Part shown: positions 38,883 through 49,685 of the stretch, piece by piece | Position numbering within the stretch: position 1 is the first letter of the stretch | How the letters are laid out: each line of letters starts with the position of its first letter | From: Vitrella brassicaformis CCMP3155 | Taxonomy: Eukaryota; Protista; Chromerida | Reading direction: 5' to 3' | DNA length: 64,000 nt | Assembly (NCBI GenBank): GCA_001179505.1 | Contig: CDMY01000285.1 | Coordinates: 62,001-126,000 of the forward strand | Notes under the pieces: model-generated | Told to the model about the DNA's origin: nothing | The model's input: only the letters and a program-made list of their open reading frames with translations | The model's database searches: none | Made by a program: the position numbers and the translations under genes

Positions 38883-41105
38883 TCAGACAAGGTGCAGCCG
38901 TCTGAATGTCTCCCTCCCGTCCCGCCCCTTGTCGACCCACCCCACCGCTCCCCAATCGATCGCCGGCACATCCTTGGTGAAGCCGTTGTCGATCTCCCCC
39001 ACCAGCCCCCACTTGGCCGCCTCGTCCAGAATGGCCCGCTGCACCACCTCACGCAACTCCATCTTGCGGCCACCCACACCGCCCACCACAAAGCACTGCA
39101 GCTGTGGCGTACGCACCACCTGGCCGCCCACATCGGCCATCCCGCCCACCACCTCCCTGTTGCTGCTGGCCTTATACACCGCCAAGTGGACGAAGTGCTC
39201 CGCTGCCGCACACACACGCCGGACGAGGACACTGTGCCGCATGCCGATGGCCTCGGTGATGGCCTCCTGGGCGGCAGCCATGTCAAGGAGGTATGACGCA
39301 ATGCGCCAGCCGAAGACGGGGGCCTCCTGCGGTCCACCGCGCAGCCGGGGGGTCAGGAGGGCTGACAGTGACCGATGGGGGGCGAGGGCGGCGTTGACGG
39401 CCGATATGCTGGCCGGGCCCATCTCCTTTAGCACCGTCGAGTACTCGTTCAGGACTGCCGGGAAGGACAACTCCCCCTCAAAGAGCATGTAGCTGGTAAT
39501 GTCCGCCCCCGCCCGCAGCAGAATACGAATGGTCAGCTCGTAGTCAGGAATCTTCCGGCGACACCACAGTTTTATATCATGGAAATCATCAATACAGTGC
39601 AGCTCGAAGTGGCGCTCATCAAGCTCTGAGACAGCCGTCGAAAGAGCTGTGGAATCGCCCCTTATGCGTCTGTTGATGTCGTCAGCAGTGGGCAGCTTGC
39701 GGCACAGATATTCGACCACAGGGGCAGAACCATTGTGTGCCGCCCTGTTCAGTGGCGTCCATTCACGGCAGTTCCACCCAGTGGATGTCCCGTGGATGTC
39801 GGCCCCGTGCTGTATGACGAGGTCCAGGTAGCTGGCGATGAAGGACCTCGAGTAGTGCTCCCGATACCGGCTGGCTGCCAGATGCACCAAGTTGCTGCCC
39901 TGCTCGTCTCATTCGGTGGCGAGGGTGGGGTCGCGCTGGAGGAGGCGCTGGTACATCGACAGCAGCACCGCCTCGTACGTTGCAGGGTGCGGACGACGCA
40001 GACGGGGCAGCATCATCACCATGAATCTGCGGAGGTCGATGCCATCTTGCGCCATCAGCAAGTCGAATGCCGTCAGATTGCCCCCTCGGATCGCCACCCA
40101 GATGGGCGGGGGGACTTCGTCGTCATGGCCTGTCGCGTTGATGTCGGCACCTCCGTCGATCCGTGCGGTGAGGACAGCCGACTGCAGCTCATCAGAGGGC
40201 CACTGCGGCAGGGCGACGGGCCGGGCTTCACAAAAACGTTCTGGCCTGGACAGCGCGGAGGGGATGGTACAGTCTGCATTGTTATCAATTGCGAGGACGA
40301 CGAGCGGATAGCTGCACCCGGAACGACCAGTGTTGCCCTTCCTACGCAGCCGAGGAATGACGCTCAGGTCAGCGCCCTGCTCGATGAGGCGAGTCACTTG
40401 CTGTGGGCTGGTGACGGTGCGGTCGATGATGCCGAGGGTCAGCTCCCCCGTCATATCGTTGGTGCCGCGGGGAAACCGAGCCACGATGTCATCGGCGCTC
40501 AAGCGGCCATCCGGCACAGTAGCTAGAGTATCTATCGCTGCATCCAAACATGACGTGGCCAGGCAACCCCACGACACAAGCAGTGAGTGAACCTGTACGC
40601 CCATCTATTCTCTCGCGTCTGTCTGTCTGTGTGGCCTACCTTCTTCCTCGTACTCGACCTCCTCATAGCCCGTGAAGTCACCGTCTATGGAGCTACGATT
40701 GTCCTCACTGTCATCCTGCGTGCCACCAGAGAGATGCGGGCGTGAATGTGATGCGTTGTCGTAGTGAGTGAGCCTCACCGATTCGCTCTCCTCCTCGTCA
40801 CTCTCTTCGTCCTCGTCGTCCGCCTGCTCCTCCTCCATCTCGTCCTCCTCCATCTCGTCGGCGATCCCACTGCCCTCCCCCTCGTGCAGCTGCTCACCTG
40901 CACCCACACACACACACACACACACACACATCGACACACATCGACACACAGCCTGAATGAGTGTTCCTCTCGTGCTGTTTGCTCGGTGCTGACCGTCGGC
41001 CTCGTTGCCGCCCTGGTCTGGTTGCTCCAATCCCTCGCCGTCCTTGAGGGGCCCCGCACCGCCCTCCTGGTGCTCCTCAGGTGCTGCTTCTCGACGCGTG
41101 GCCAT
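38883..41105 (-). pseudogene. Lineage-expanded ankyrin-repeat family gene with acidic N-terminus; probable pseudogene
   Basis: ORFs 39909..40604 and 38883..39890 are in the same frame, separated by a single TGA (GCC ACC GAA TGA GAC GAG CAG). Ankyrin-like motifs: GGADINATG..PPIWVAIRGGN, HGADIHG..TPLNRAAHNGSAPVVEYL, LLRAGADIT. Three upstream exons from ATG 41105 splice in one frame off the main ORF, implying a frameshift near 40500-40600. Confidence 0.75.
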
Positions 41106-41563
41106 CCGTGAGGAGCTCCCTGACCAAAGCGAAGTGGCCGACAGAGCACTTCTTGACCACCTGCAGCACTGGACACACACAGAGAGGGAATGAGGGCCCT
41201 TCCATCCCCACGACGGCCTTCCTCCTCTCTGGGCCTGCCCACGCACCTTGTTGTCTGTCGCGGAAGACGGCTGGGCTGCTCGCCACACAAAGATCTGCGG
41301 CCTGGAGGACAGTGACGAAGGACTGAGGTGCAACGCTACTTGGTTGCTTGCCGGTCTCCTCTCCTCTCCTCTCCCTCAAAACTCCGAAAGCTCTCTGTCT
41401 TCTCTCTGCATGCAGAAATAATAGTACACGGCAAACTCCTTCGCCGTTGGTGGTCAGCACTCGAGCGCCGTTAGCTTCCACTTCTATCTCAGGCCTTGCC
41501 CTTGACCTCCCACACCTTCTTTCTCCCCTTTTCTCCCTCTCGCTTCCAACCAACACTGCGACG

Positions 41564-42261
41564 ATGAAGGCTGCTCTGTGGCTGACACTTGCCCTGGCCC
41601 TGCTGGTGGTCGCCACATCACGCCAGGCAGACACACAGATCGATGACGACCCCAACCGGCCCTGCAACGGCCACACCCAGCCCAACTGCCCAAAGCACGA
41701 AGACGAGGCCGAGGGCAACGAGGCCACCGCATCACAAGAACAGCCCAGTGCCGACAAACAGGACACCCAGAAGCCCGTTGAACCCCGTCCCTCTGTCGGC
41801 CGCCTCCTCCAGAGGACCCGCAACGTCAGAAAGGACCCCCGGGCTTCGCAAGTCATCGCACGCTCGGGCTTCCTTGCGCGGCTGTGCCCCCCAATTGGCG
41901 GTAAGTCAGACAGACGCTGTCCTCCTTGCCGTCGTAGTTCGTTCATCGTCTGTCTGCCTGTCTGTCTGCTGGTGTGTGTGCGTTTGGTCGTGCAGGTCCC
42001 GGCTGTCCCAATGCGGCCTTCACTCAGCGTGCCGGCATCCGCCAACAGCCGATCCGTTCGGGCGACAAGAGGCCCCAGAAGATATCGGCTAACAGCTTCT
42101 TCATCCCCTACCGGCAGTGGCCCAACAACGGAGGACAGACGCGCACCATCTACCCTGAGTGAGTGGACGGACGGCACCGCCAGCATGAGACAGACAGACA
42201 GACAGACACATCCACGGCAGAGCCGTCTGCCCTTCGCATCATGGCTCCTCTCGTCCGTTGT

Positions 42262-42293
<32 letters not shown>

Positions 42294-42407
42294 TGCAGCC
42301 AAGGCAGCAAGAGTCGTGCTCTGAAGCAGACCACCAAGGCCAAGGACAAAGCCAAGGCCGCAAAACACAAAGACGAGCAGCCGCGTGAGCAGCTGATGCT
42401 GCAGTGA
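41564..42407 (+). CDS. Orphan small secreted protein (3 exons, ~200 aa)
   Basis: Signal peptide MKAALWLTLALALLVVATSRQA. GT-AG introns (~41901-41995 and ~42159-42298) join exons in frame to ..CPPIGGPGCPNAAFTQ..FFIPYRQWPNNGGQTRTIYPDQGSKSRALK..QLMLQ-TGA. No family recognised. Confidence 0.7.
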
Positions 42408-42690
42408 AAGAGATACGTACGTACGACAGTTGGGCCGGGCCGGGCTGGTGGTGTGGCGTTTTGAGTGAGGCTGGGCTGGGCTGGGCTGTGGTGGGGGGTC
42501 GTGTGCATGCTGCTGCCCTGGCTTTTCTCTGCTGCTGTACACACAGACGTGGCTGTGGATAGTTGTGTCAACTCCTTTCTCTGGGTGGGTGTGGGTGGGT
42601 GTGGGTGGGTGGGGGTGGAAATTGTTTCTCCTCCGAAGGGAACAATGGCATGAGTGAGTGAGTGAGTGAGTGCGTGAGCGGACGACATGT

Positions 42691-42756
42691 CTGCTGCTGC
42701 TGTTGCTGCTGTTGCTGCTGTTGCTGCTGTTGCTGCTGTTGCTGCTGTTGCTGCTG
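42691..42756 (+). repeat. (GCTGCTGTT)n 9-bp minisatellite, intergenic
   Basis: About 7 units directly visible. Confidence 0.9.
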
Positions 42757-43376
42757 TGTGTGTGTGTGTGTCTGTGATGGATGGATACGCTGTCTGTCTG
42801 CCGCGTGTGCTGTTGTGCTGTATATACGCATTCCATGACAAACAAAGTCTGTGGTTTCATACATACATACGTCCACATGGTACATGTGGATGGACGGCTG
42901 GCTGGTTGGCTGCATCGATCTGTGTTGTGTGAGTGTCGGCGGGGCCGGGCTGGGCTGGGCACAGGGCGTGTGTACGTGCCGGGCTGCGGGGGGAGCGGTG
43001 ACTGATATTCATGTGTTCCACCTCAACGGCATTCGCAAGAATGAATGTGCACAGCTCTCTGCTTCACTGACGAACCCAATCGCATCAGGATGCTCAAACC
43101 TTGAGCCTTTCGGCTTGAGGTCGCATCGCGTTTCACGGAATCCACGGAGGGAGAGAAGTTGGAGAGGCAGGCAGAGGTGTCCACCGAGCATCTGTGCTCT
43201 CGAGCTCGAGTTCTGCGCACTCTCAGCACATTCCGTCGAGGGAAAGATGAGCAGCAACACGTGTGGCGACATGTATGCTTCTGAGGCTCAGCCTGTTCGC
43301 GCTCGGCATTCTTCAGCTGAGCTTCGCGTTGCCTTTGGTGGTGTCTTTCTCGAGCAATGGGCGCAAGCCGAATCGG

Positions 43377-44935
43377 ATCAACATCTTCAGGCTCACTGCA
43401 TGGGGATATGCTCTTCCTGCTGAGCATCCTCCTGCTGCTCTGGAAGCTCAGAAAGAGCAAGAGCTGCGTCGGTAAGGGAGAATTTCGCTCCTGCCTGATC
43501 TGATAGATCTGATCTGGCGCGGTGTTGCAGGCCTATCTTGCCGGATGCAGGAGTGCTACTTGATTGTCTTTTGCCTTCGGTACCTGGACCTTCGTCTACA
43601 ACACAGGTGGGTGTTCACTCACTCACTCACTCACTCACGGCATCGCATCGGATGCATCGCATCGCTTTGCTTTGCTTCCTGTGCACACGCGCTGCGCATC
43701 TCGCCTTGTCGGTATGCCGTCCTGATCAGCCGTGAAGGCGGTGTACATCTCGGGCACTTCCTTGCTGATCTACCTCATGAGATGCCACCCGTCAAGTGAG
43801 CTGAGCTGCCTTTGGAGCAGCGCAACACACACACACACGTGCAGCACCATCTGTTGTCCACCCCTCTGTGTGTGTGTGTGTGTTAGTCAGCGAGACGTAC
43901 GACATGCAGAGGGATAGTTTCCCGCACCTTCGGTGTCTGCTGTTACCGGCACTCCTGCTGGGCTTCATAACGGCAGAGGAGTGGACCATAGTGGAGGTAC
44001 AGACAGCCAGCCAGCCAGCCAGCCAGATGGCCAGCTGGACGGTCACCGCTTGTTGATGCTTACAGGTCCTTTGGACGGCGTCGATCTGGCTGGAGAGTGT
44101 CTCCGTCCTGCCGCAGCTCTTTCTGCTGCAGCAACTAAGAAAAGTGAGTGTGAGTGAGACAGTGTCAGCCGTTCGTTGCCCTCACTCACTCACACGCACC
44201 GGATTATAGGACGGACGGCGAGGATGGATAGCCTGCCCCCCNNNNNNNNNNNNNNNNNNNNNNNNNNNNNNNNNNNNNNNNNNNNNNNNNNNNNNNNNNN
44301 NNNNNNNNNNNNNNNNNNNNNNNNNNNNNNNNNNNNNNNNNNNNNNNNNNNNNNNNNNNNNNNNNNNNNNNNNNNNNNNNNNNNNNNNNNNNNNNNNNNN
44401 NNNNNNNNNNNNNNNNNNNNNNNNNNNNNNNNNNNNNNNNNNNNNNNNNNNNNNNNNNNNNNNNNNNNNNNNNNNNNNNNNNNNNNNNNNNNNNNNNNNN
44501 NNNNNNNNNNNNNNNNNNNNNNNNNNNNNNNNNNNNNNNNNCCCCCCCCCCCCCCCCCCTCCCCGCCTCATTCAGGTCGACAGCTTGACAGCAGCGTTTT
44601 TGGCAACGAGGGGAGCCTGGAGGTTCTTCTATATCCTCAACTGGGTGGGTGGGTGGGTTGGTGGGAACATCCAGTGCACACACAACTAACTAGTGGGATT
44701 GCGTGTTGTATCTATCTGGTATCTATCTGTCAGATATACCGGTACTTTGCCGAGCACTACGTCAACCCCATAGGATGGGTCAGCCTCCCTGCCTGCCTGC
44801 CTGCCTGCCTGCCTGGAACACCGAGCCGTTTGCGCATTCTTGCCATCCATCCTCTGTCTCTCAGGTGGGCGGTATTGTCCAGACGGGCCTGTACATCTTT
44901 GTCTTCTACCGGCTGCGCTCCCATCGCTGGTGCAC
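43377..44935 (+). pseudogene. ERD2: ER lumen protein-retaining receptor (ERD2/KDEL receptor) pseudogene
   Basis: Fragments INIFRL / GDMLFLLSILLLLWKLRKSKSCVG-LSCRMQECYLIVFCLRYLDL / YNTAVKAVYI / ETYDMQRDSF..LLLPALLLG / VLWTASIWLESVSVLPQLFLLQ / AWRFFYILNW-IYRYF..GWVGGIVQTGLY follow ERD2 in order. The start codon reads ATC, and there are frameshifts at ~43398, ~43595 and ~44610. Confidence 0.88.
44242..44541. other. Assembly gap (300 N) flanked by C runs, inside an ERD2 pseudogene intron
   Basis: Directly visible. Confidence 0.99.
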
Positions 44936-45735
44936 TGAGTCCTCAACCACGGCCACCGGCCAGCGACCCTCCCATTCGTCGCACCGGCAGGTGCGCGTCG
45001 AGGTGCCAGCCCCCGAGTGTCCGCCGCTTCTCCAAGCGCACTTATCGGCCGGCGAGAGGCAGCCGGCAGTGCTATGCCAGCCGCCGAGTGGCCTGCAGAC
45101 CACAGGAGAGAATGCTGCTGTGTTGGTCTGAGCAATGCGGTGACGCTGACGAATGAGTCTGTTCTGTGCGTGTGTCTATCGATGTTCTTTCTCTCAATGC
45201 GAGAGGCTCAGGTATAATCGGCTGCCAGTGGGGTTTAGTGACAGCGGGGATCCGTGTCGCGTGCGGGGGGGAGCGATGTCCAGATGGGTGGGCACACACA
45301 TGGATGGATGGACGTGACTCGTGTCTTTATCCAGACAGTAAGTAGTGTGGACGGGTGTAGTGTCCCTCACAACAACATGAACAACATGCACCCGTTGGTT
45401 GAGCAGTTTTCGCTTCATTGGCAGACCACAATGAATGCACGCACGCACGCACGCACGCACGCACCCAGCTGCCTCTGCCTGCCCACTATGTCGGTAGTGG
45501 GATGAGTCGGCCGGCCATGGATGCGTGCCACACATGTGCATCTATCGGAGAGAGAGACACAGACAAGAGAGAGGGCCGCTTCGCGAGCATCCGTCAACCC
45601 ATCCATCCATCCACCCACCCACCAATGACACGGAAAAAGCGTCATCACCCCCCGCACCATTCATCTACCCACACATCTTCACTGTGGTGTCGTCTCGGCG
45701 CCAGGCAACAGTATGGCCAGGCCATTACCCACGGA

Positions 45736-45940
45736 TCACTTATCCTCTCCGCCCTCCTCCTCCCCCTCCTCGTCTTCTTCCTCCTCCATTTCGGTGCCGT
45801 GCAGGAGGGTGACGAGCTGGGATGCCAGCTGGTTGGCGCGACTCAGCTCCGTCAGGCACTCCTCCTTCTGCTCGGGCGTCCACTTGTCAGCTATCACGTC
45901 CAACGTGGCCTGAGTGAAGGATGGACGCCCACAGAGCCAC

Positions 45941-45971
<31 letters not shown>

Positions 45972-47272
45972 TTGAGAGAGATTGAGAGGGATTCTTGCAC
46001 TTTTGTGTGCGTGTGTGTGTGTGTGTGTGGATGCGCACCGCGATATTCCAGCTGTCGCCGTCCCTTCTGGCCAGTTTGAAATTCCTGGGTATGTTGAGGC
46101 GCGCTGCAGTGCTCTTGATGACCGTCCGGCCGCCCATGTCCCACTCCTTGTAAAAGTTATACAAGTGACCCAGCACACCTGACATGCCACACACGTAACA
46201 CACAGAGGAAAGGTAGGTTACCATCCAGCCTCAGTGGGCTGGCTGTTTGTGGGTGGTCGGTGTGTGCACATGAGCACCTACCAGGTTGGCTGCGTGCAGC
46301 GATGGACTTGATCTCGTCACCATAGCCGGCGCCCACCTCTGAGGGCTCGGGGGCGTCCACCTGCACACAAACAACGCGCCCACCACCACCACCAAAGGAC
46401 ACACATCCATTAATGAGGCAGGCGTGCATACTGCAGACACCCCATTCCACTGGCTTCTTGATTGCTTACACCCATGAGTTCGGTGAGCGCGTCGATGTCC
46501 TCCTCGAGGTATGCCCATCGCGTCATGGGGCCGGTGGCTTGCAGGGGGGCCAGCATCTCGTAGTTGTCAATCACGCTGTCGTAGGCCTCATACACGTGTT
46601 TCAAATCCACCAGGGACTGCAGGAAATCCTGAGGGACAAAGGGAAGACACGGCAGGAAACGGAATACCTGTCTGTGGCTGGCTGGCTGGCTGCCGGGCTG
46701 ACTGACCTCTCTGGTGAGTTGCCTGTCGACGTCGTCATAGAAGGGTGCCAGCACCGGGTCGCTCTTCCTGTCCTCCTCGGTCAGCTTGTCCTCCTCCAAC
46801 TCTATCCGAGCCATCACGGGATGCATCTCAGACTCCACAAAAGACCTGCACCCACGTCACACACACACACACACACACGAGAGACGGTGTGGTGAGTGAG
46901 CCCTTTGCTTGCTTGAATTCTCTTTGCCTGTCTGTCTGCCTCATTGCACTGCACTCACTGTTCGGGGACATAGGTGGACACGGGCCAGTCCTTCCTCGAT
47001 ATGTCGTGGAAGGCGTCCACCTGCTCCTTGGTGAAGATCCGCATCCTCTTCATGATCTGGTACTCCTTCAAACCCACGTTTATCGCACCCATACGCAGCA
47101 CCGACACCGACGGGGGTGATGACGGTGACCGCCTCAGTGACGACAAGGAGCGGCGAGAAAGAGGGGATGATGGCGGGGAGAGGGTCTGGCGAAGGTGGGA
47201 GGGGAGGGGGAGAAAGGACTCGCCTTGGCCCAGCAGTGCGCATAGCACTGCGGCAAAGATCTCCGCCGTCAT
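45736..47272 (-). CDS. Plant/algal-type heme oxygenase-like protein with bipartite plastid presequence and altered catalytic residues
   Basis: MTAEIFAAVLCALLGQGES-FLPL followed by an S/R/P-rich transit peptide. SFVESEMHPVMARIE..DFLQSLVDLKHVYEAYDSVI..RWAYLEEDIDAL..GHLYNFYKEWDMGGRTVI..LDVIADKWTPEQKEECLTEL aligns by eye to plant HO1 (FVEEMRFVAMRLH..FLVDSKLVY..HFYNIYFAHSAGGRMIG..WTREEKNHCLEE). Confidence 0.85.
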
Positions 47273-47342
47273 CGTTATCTCGTCGATTGCGAGCTTATTT
47301 GGAAATCTCTTCTAAGCTTGCACACCAGACCAGGTCGCCAAA
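47273..47342. promoter_or_regulatory. 70-bp spacer between the divergent ATGs of the HO-like gene and RPL4; putative bidirectional promoter, contains GCGAGCT at 47289
   Basis: Start codons read at 47272 (-) and 47343 (+). Promoter function is inferred. Confidence 0.6.
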
Positions 47343-49685
47343 ATGACGATGCGGTAAGCTGGGAGGGTGTACAGGGTCACACACGAGGCAGGCGCGGTCG
47401 ACATCTGCCATTTCACGGCTACACATCGGAGCCAGTAGCGAAGGACGGGCAGATCTGGTGGAGGGAGGGAGGGCAGACAGCCAGGGATGGGAGCACCACA
47501 GACAGCAAGGGAGGAAGGGAGAGGGCGGCGGCAGCGTCAGATCAGCGTGCAGCCCGCTTTCTGGGTGGCCGACATTTTCACGAGCTGATGTGCCCTCTCT
47601 GTCTGTGTGTGTGTGCCCCATGCCCTGCAGGCCAACGGTGACGGTGTACGACCTCTCCGGAGAGTCGCTCGACAAGACGGTCAAGACCCCCGCGGTGTTC
47701 GGTTCGCCCATCCGTCCCGACCTTGTGCGTGAGGTCCACCGTGACGTCAACAAGAACAAGCGTCAGGCCTACGGCGTGGTGCTCGATGCCGGCTACGGCT
47801 CGTCGGCCGAGTCGTGGGGCACTGGCCGTGCCGTGGCGCGCATTCCCCGTGTGCCGGGCGGCGGGACCCACCGCAGCGGTCAGGGTGCGTTCGGCAACAT
47901 GTGCCGCGGTGGAGGGATGTTCAATCCCAACCCCACCTGGCGACGATGGCACCGAAAGGTACAGGAGGGAGCAATCCAGGAGGAGAGGGGAATGGGATGT
48001 GGTGTGTTGTCTTGTGTGCGTCAGGTGAACGTCACCAAGAAGCGTCACGCGGTGGCTTCTGCGGTTGCTGCCACCGGTGTGCCGCCCTTGGTGATGGCCC
48101 GAGGACACCGGATCGGCGACATCCCAGAACTGCCACTCGTCATCGCCGGTAAGCAACCACTCCCAGAAGGCCACACACACACACACACAGACAGACAGAG
48201 AGAGAGAGACGCAGAGAGACGCAGGAGCAGACAGACAAGCTGGATTGGTGTTGGTGGATATCACACACCTGAATGTTGTGTGTGTGCGCTTCAGACAAGG
48301 TGCAGGACGTTGCCAAGACCAAGACGGCGATGGAGTTCCTCAGCAAGGTGGGCGCCACCAACGAACTCGACAAGGTCAAGGAGTCCAAGAAAGTCCGAGC
48401 GGGCAGAGGTAGGCACACACCCCAAACACACACACACACACACATGCGGTCGTTCGTTGTGTCAGGCAAGCTGCGCAACCGTCGCTATGTGCTCCGTCGC
48501 GGCCCCCTGGTCGTCTACGAGAAGGACAACGGCATTGTGCGAGCCTTCAGGAACATCCCTGGTGGGCAAACACACACACACGCGCGGCACCAGCCCACCT
48601 TGTGCCCATGTGGTCTGTCTGTCTGTCTGTCTGTGTGTGCAGGTGTTGAGTTGTGTTCGATCGACCGTTTGAATCTGCTCCAGCTCGCACCCGGCGGCAC
48701 CATCGGCCGATTCGTCATCTGGTTGGTCCATGCATGCGACAGAGGCAGACACAGACAGACAGACAGACGGACGGACGGACGGATGTGTGTCGGCTGCAGG
48801 ACGGAGTCTGCCTTCTCCAAGCTGACACCTCTGTTCGGCACCTACAGGTGAGCCGCCACAACACAATACAACACAACACACCACACGGCACCACACAGTA
48901 CACTCACCGTCCACCTACGCCTTCATGCGTTGGCTGCGTGCGTATGTGTTGTCACTCAATCAGGTCTGGTAGTGTGCTCAAGAAGGGTTACCACCTGCCC
49001 CGTCCGGCTTTGGGCAACGCCGACCTGGCCCGCCTGATCAACTCGAGCGAGATCCAGTCGGTCGTCAAGCCCATGCGGATGGCGCCCAAGCGCACCGGCA
49101 TGCGCAAGAACCCCCTCAAGAACCTGTAAGCCACACACAGGGTGGATTCGTGGATGGATGGGCCATGGTTGGCTGTGTGTGTGGTTCGTTCAGGAGCGTG
49201 CTGGCTCGTTTGAACCCTGCGGCTCTGGAGAAGAAGGCCCTGGCCCGCCTGCAGCAGACCGAGGGCACTCCCGAGGTGCGTGCGCACCCACACACACACA
49301 CACTCTGAATGGCATCGGACCAGCCAGGAGGGACACATCGCAACACATTGCCTATGTTGTGTGACTGCGTGCCTCTTGTTTAGCGTGAGGCGTTGCTGAG
49401 CCAGAAGCGTGCTCGCGAGGAGGCCGCCAAGGAGTTCGACGCCGTCGACGAGAAATACCGACAGGAGGTGCGTACCTAACCTACACAGATGCACAGACAG
49501 ACACACTGACGGACACGAGGGTCTTCATGTGTGTGGGTGTGTGTCTGTGTGTGTGTGTGCAGATGATGGACGCCTTCAACACCTATGCAGAGGGCCTGCC
49601 CCTGAAGAAGCAGAAGGCCGGCCCGGGCGAGGCCGCCGAAGAGGCCGACGAGGAGGGCGACCAGGAGGAGGAGGACGAGGAGTAA
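47343..49685 (+). CDS. RPL4: 60S ribosomal protein L4 (uL4)
   Basis: [92 protein letters not shown]. Acidic tail ends at TAA 49683-49685. Confidence 0.98.

Noticed and set aside
39909-39911. Selenocysteine or programmed readthrough at the in-frame TGA
   Set aside because: The context suggests Arg (CGA) rather than Cys, I recognised no SECIS, and a second lesion is likely present
41860-42170. Resemblance of the orphan secreted protein (GFLARL; TRTIYPD) to microviridin/graspetide precursor motifs (PFFARFL; TxKYPSD)
   Set aside because: The matches are partial, the core Lys and Ser-Asp residues are absent, the gene has an ER signal peptide and introns, and no ATP-grasp ligase lies nearby
42691-42756. 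(GCTGCTGTT)n as a poly-Q coding exon on the minus strand
   Set aside because: It is embedded in microsatellite-rich intergenic DNA with no credible gene model
9770-45156. ORFs containing long X runs
   Set aside because: Artefacts of translating through the 300-N gaps
22782-47272. ChaN-like and HO-like genes as a heme-metabolism gene cluster
   Set aside because: They are over 20 kb apart and separated by unrelated housekeeping genes; nothing in the sequence supports co-regulation beyond the general promoter motif
47354-49560. Intronic snoRNAs in RPL4, as in vertebrates
   Set aside because: I saw no box C (RTGATGA) and box D (CTGA) pair with a terminal stem in the introns; most are short and microsatellite-filled
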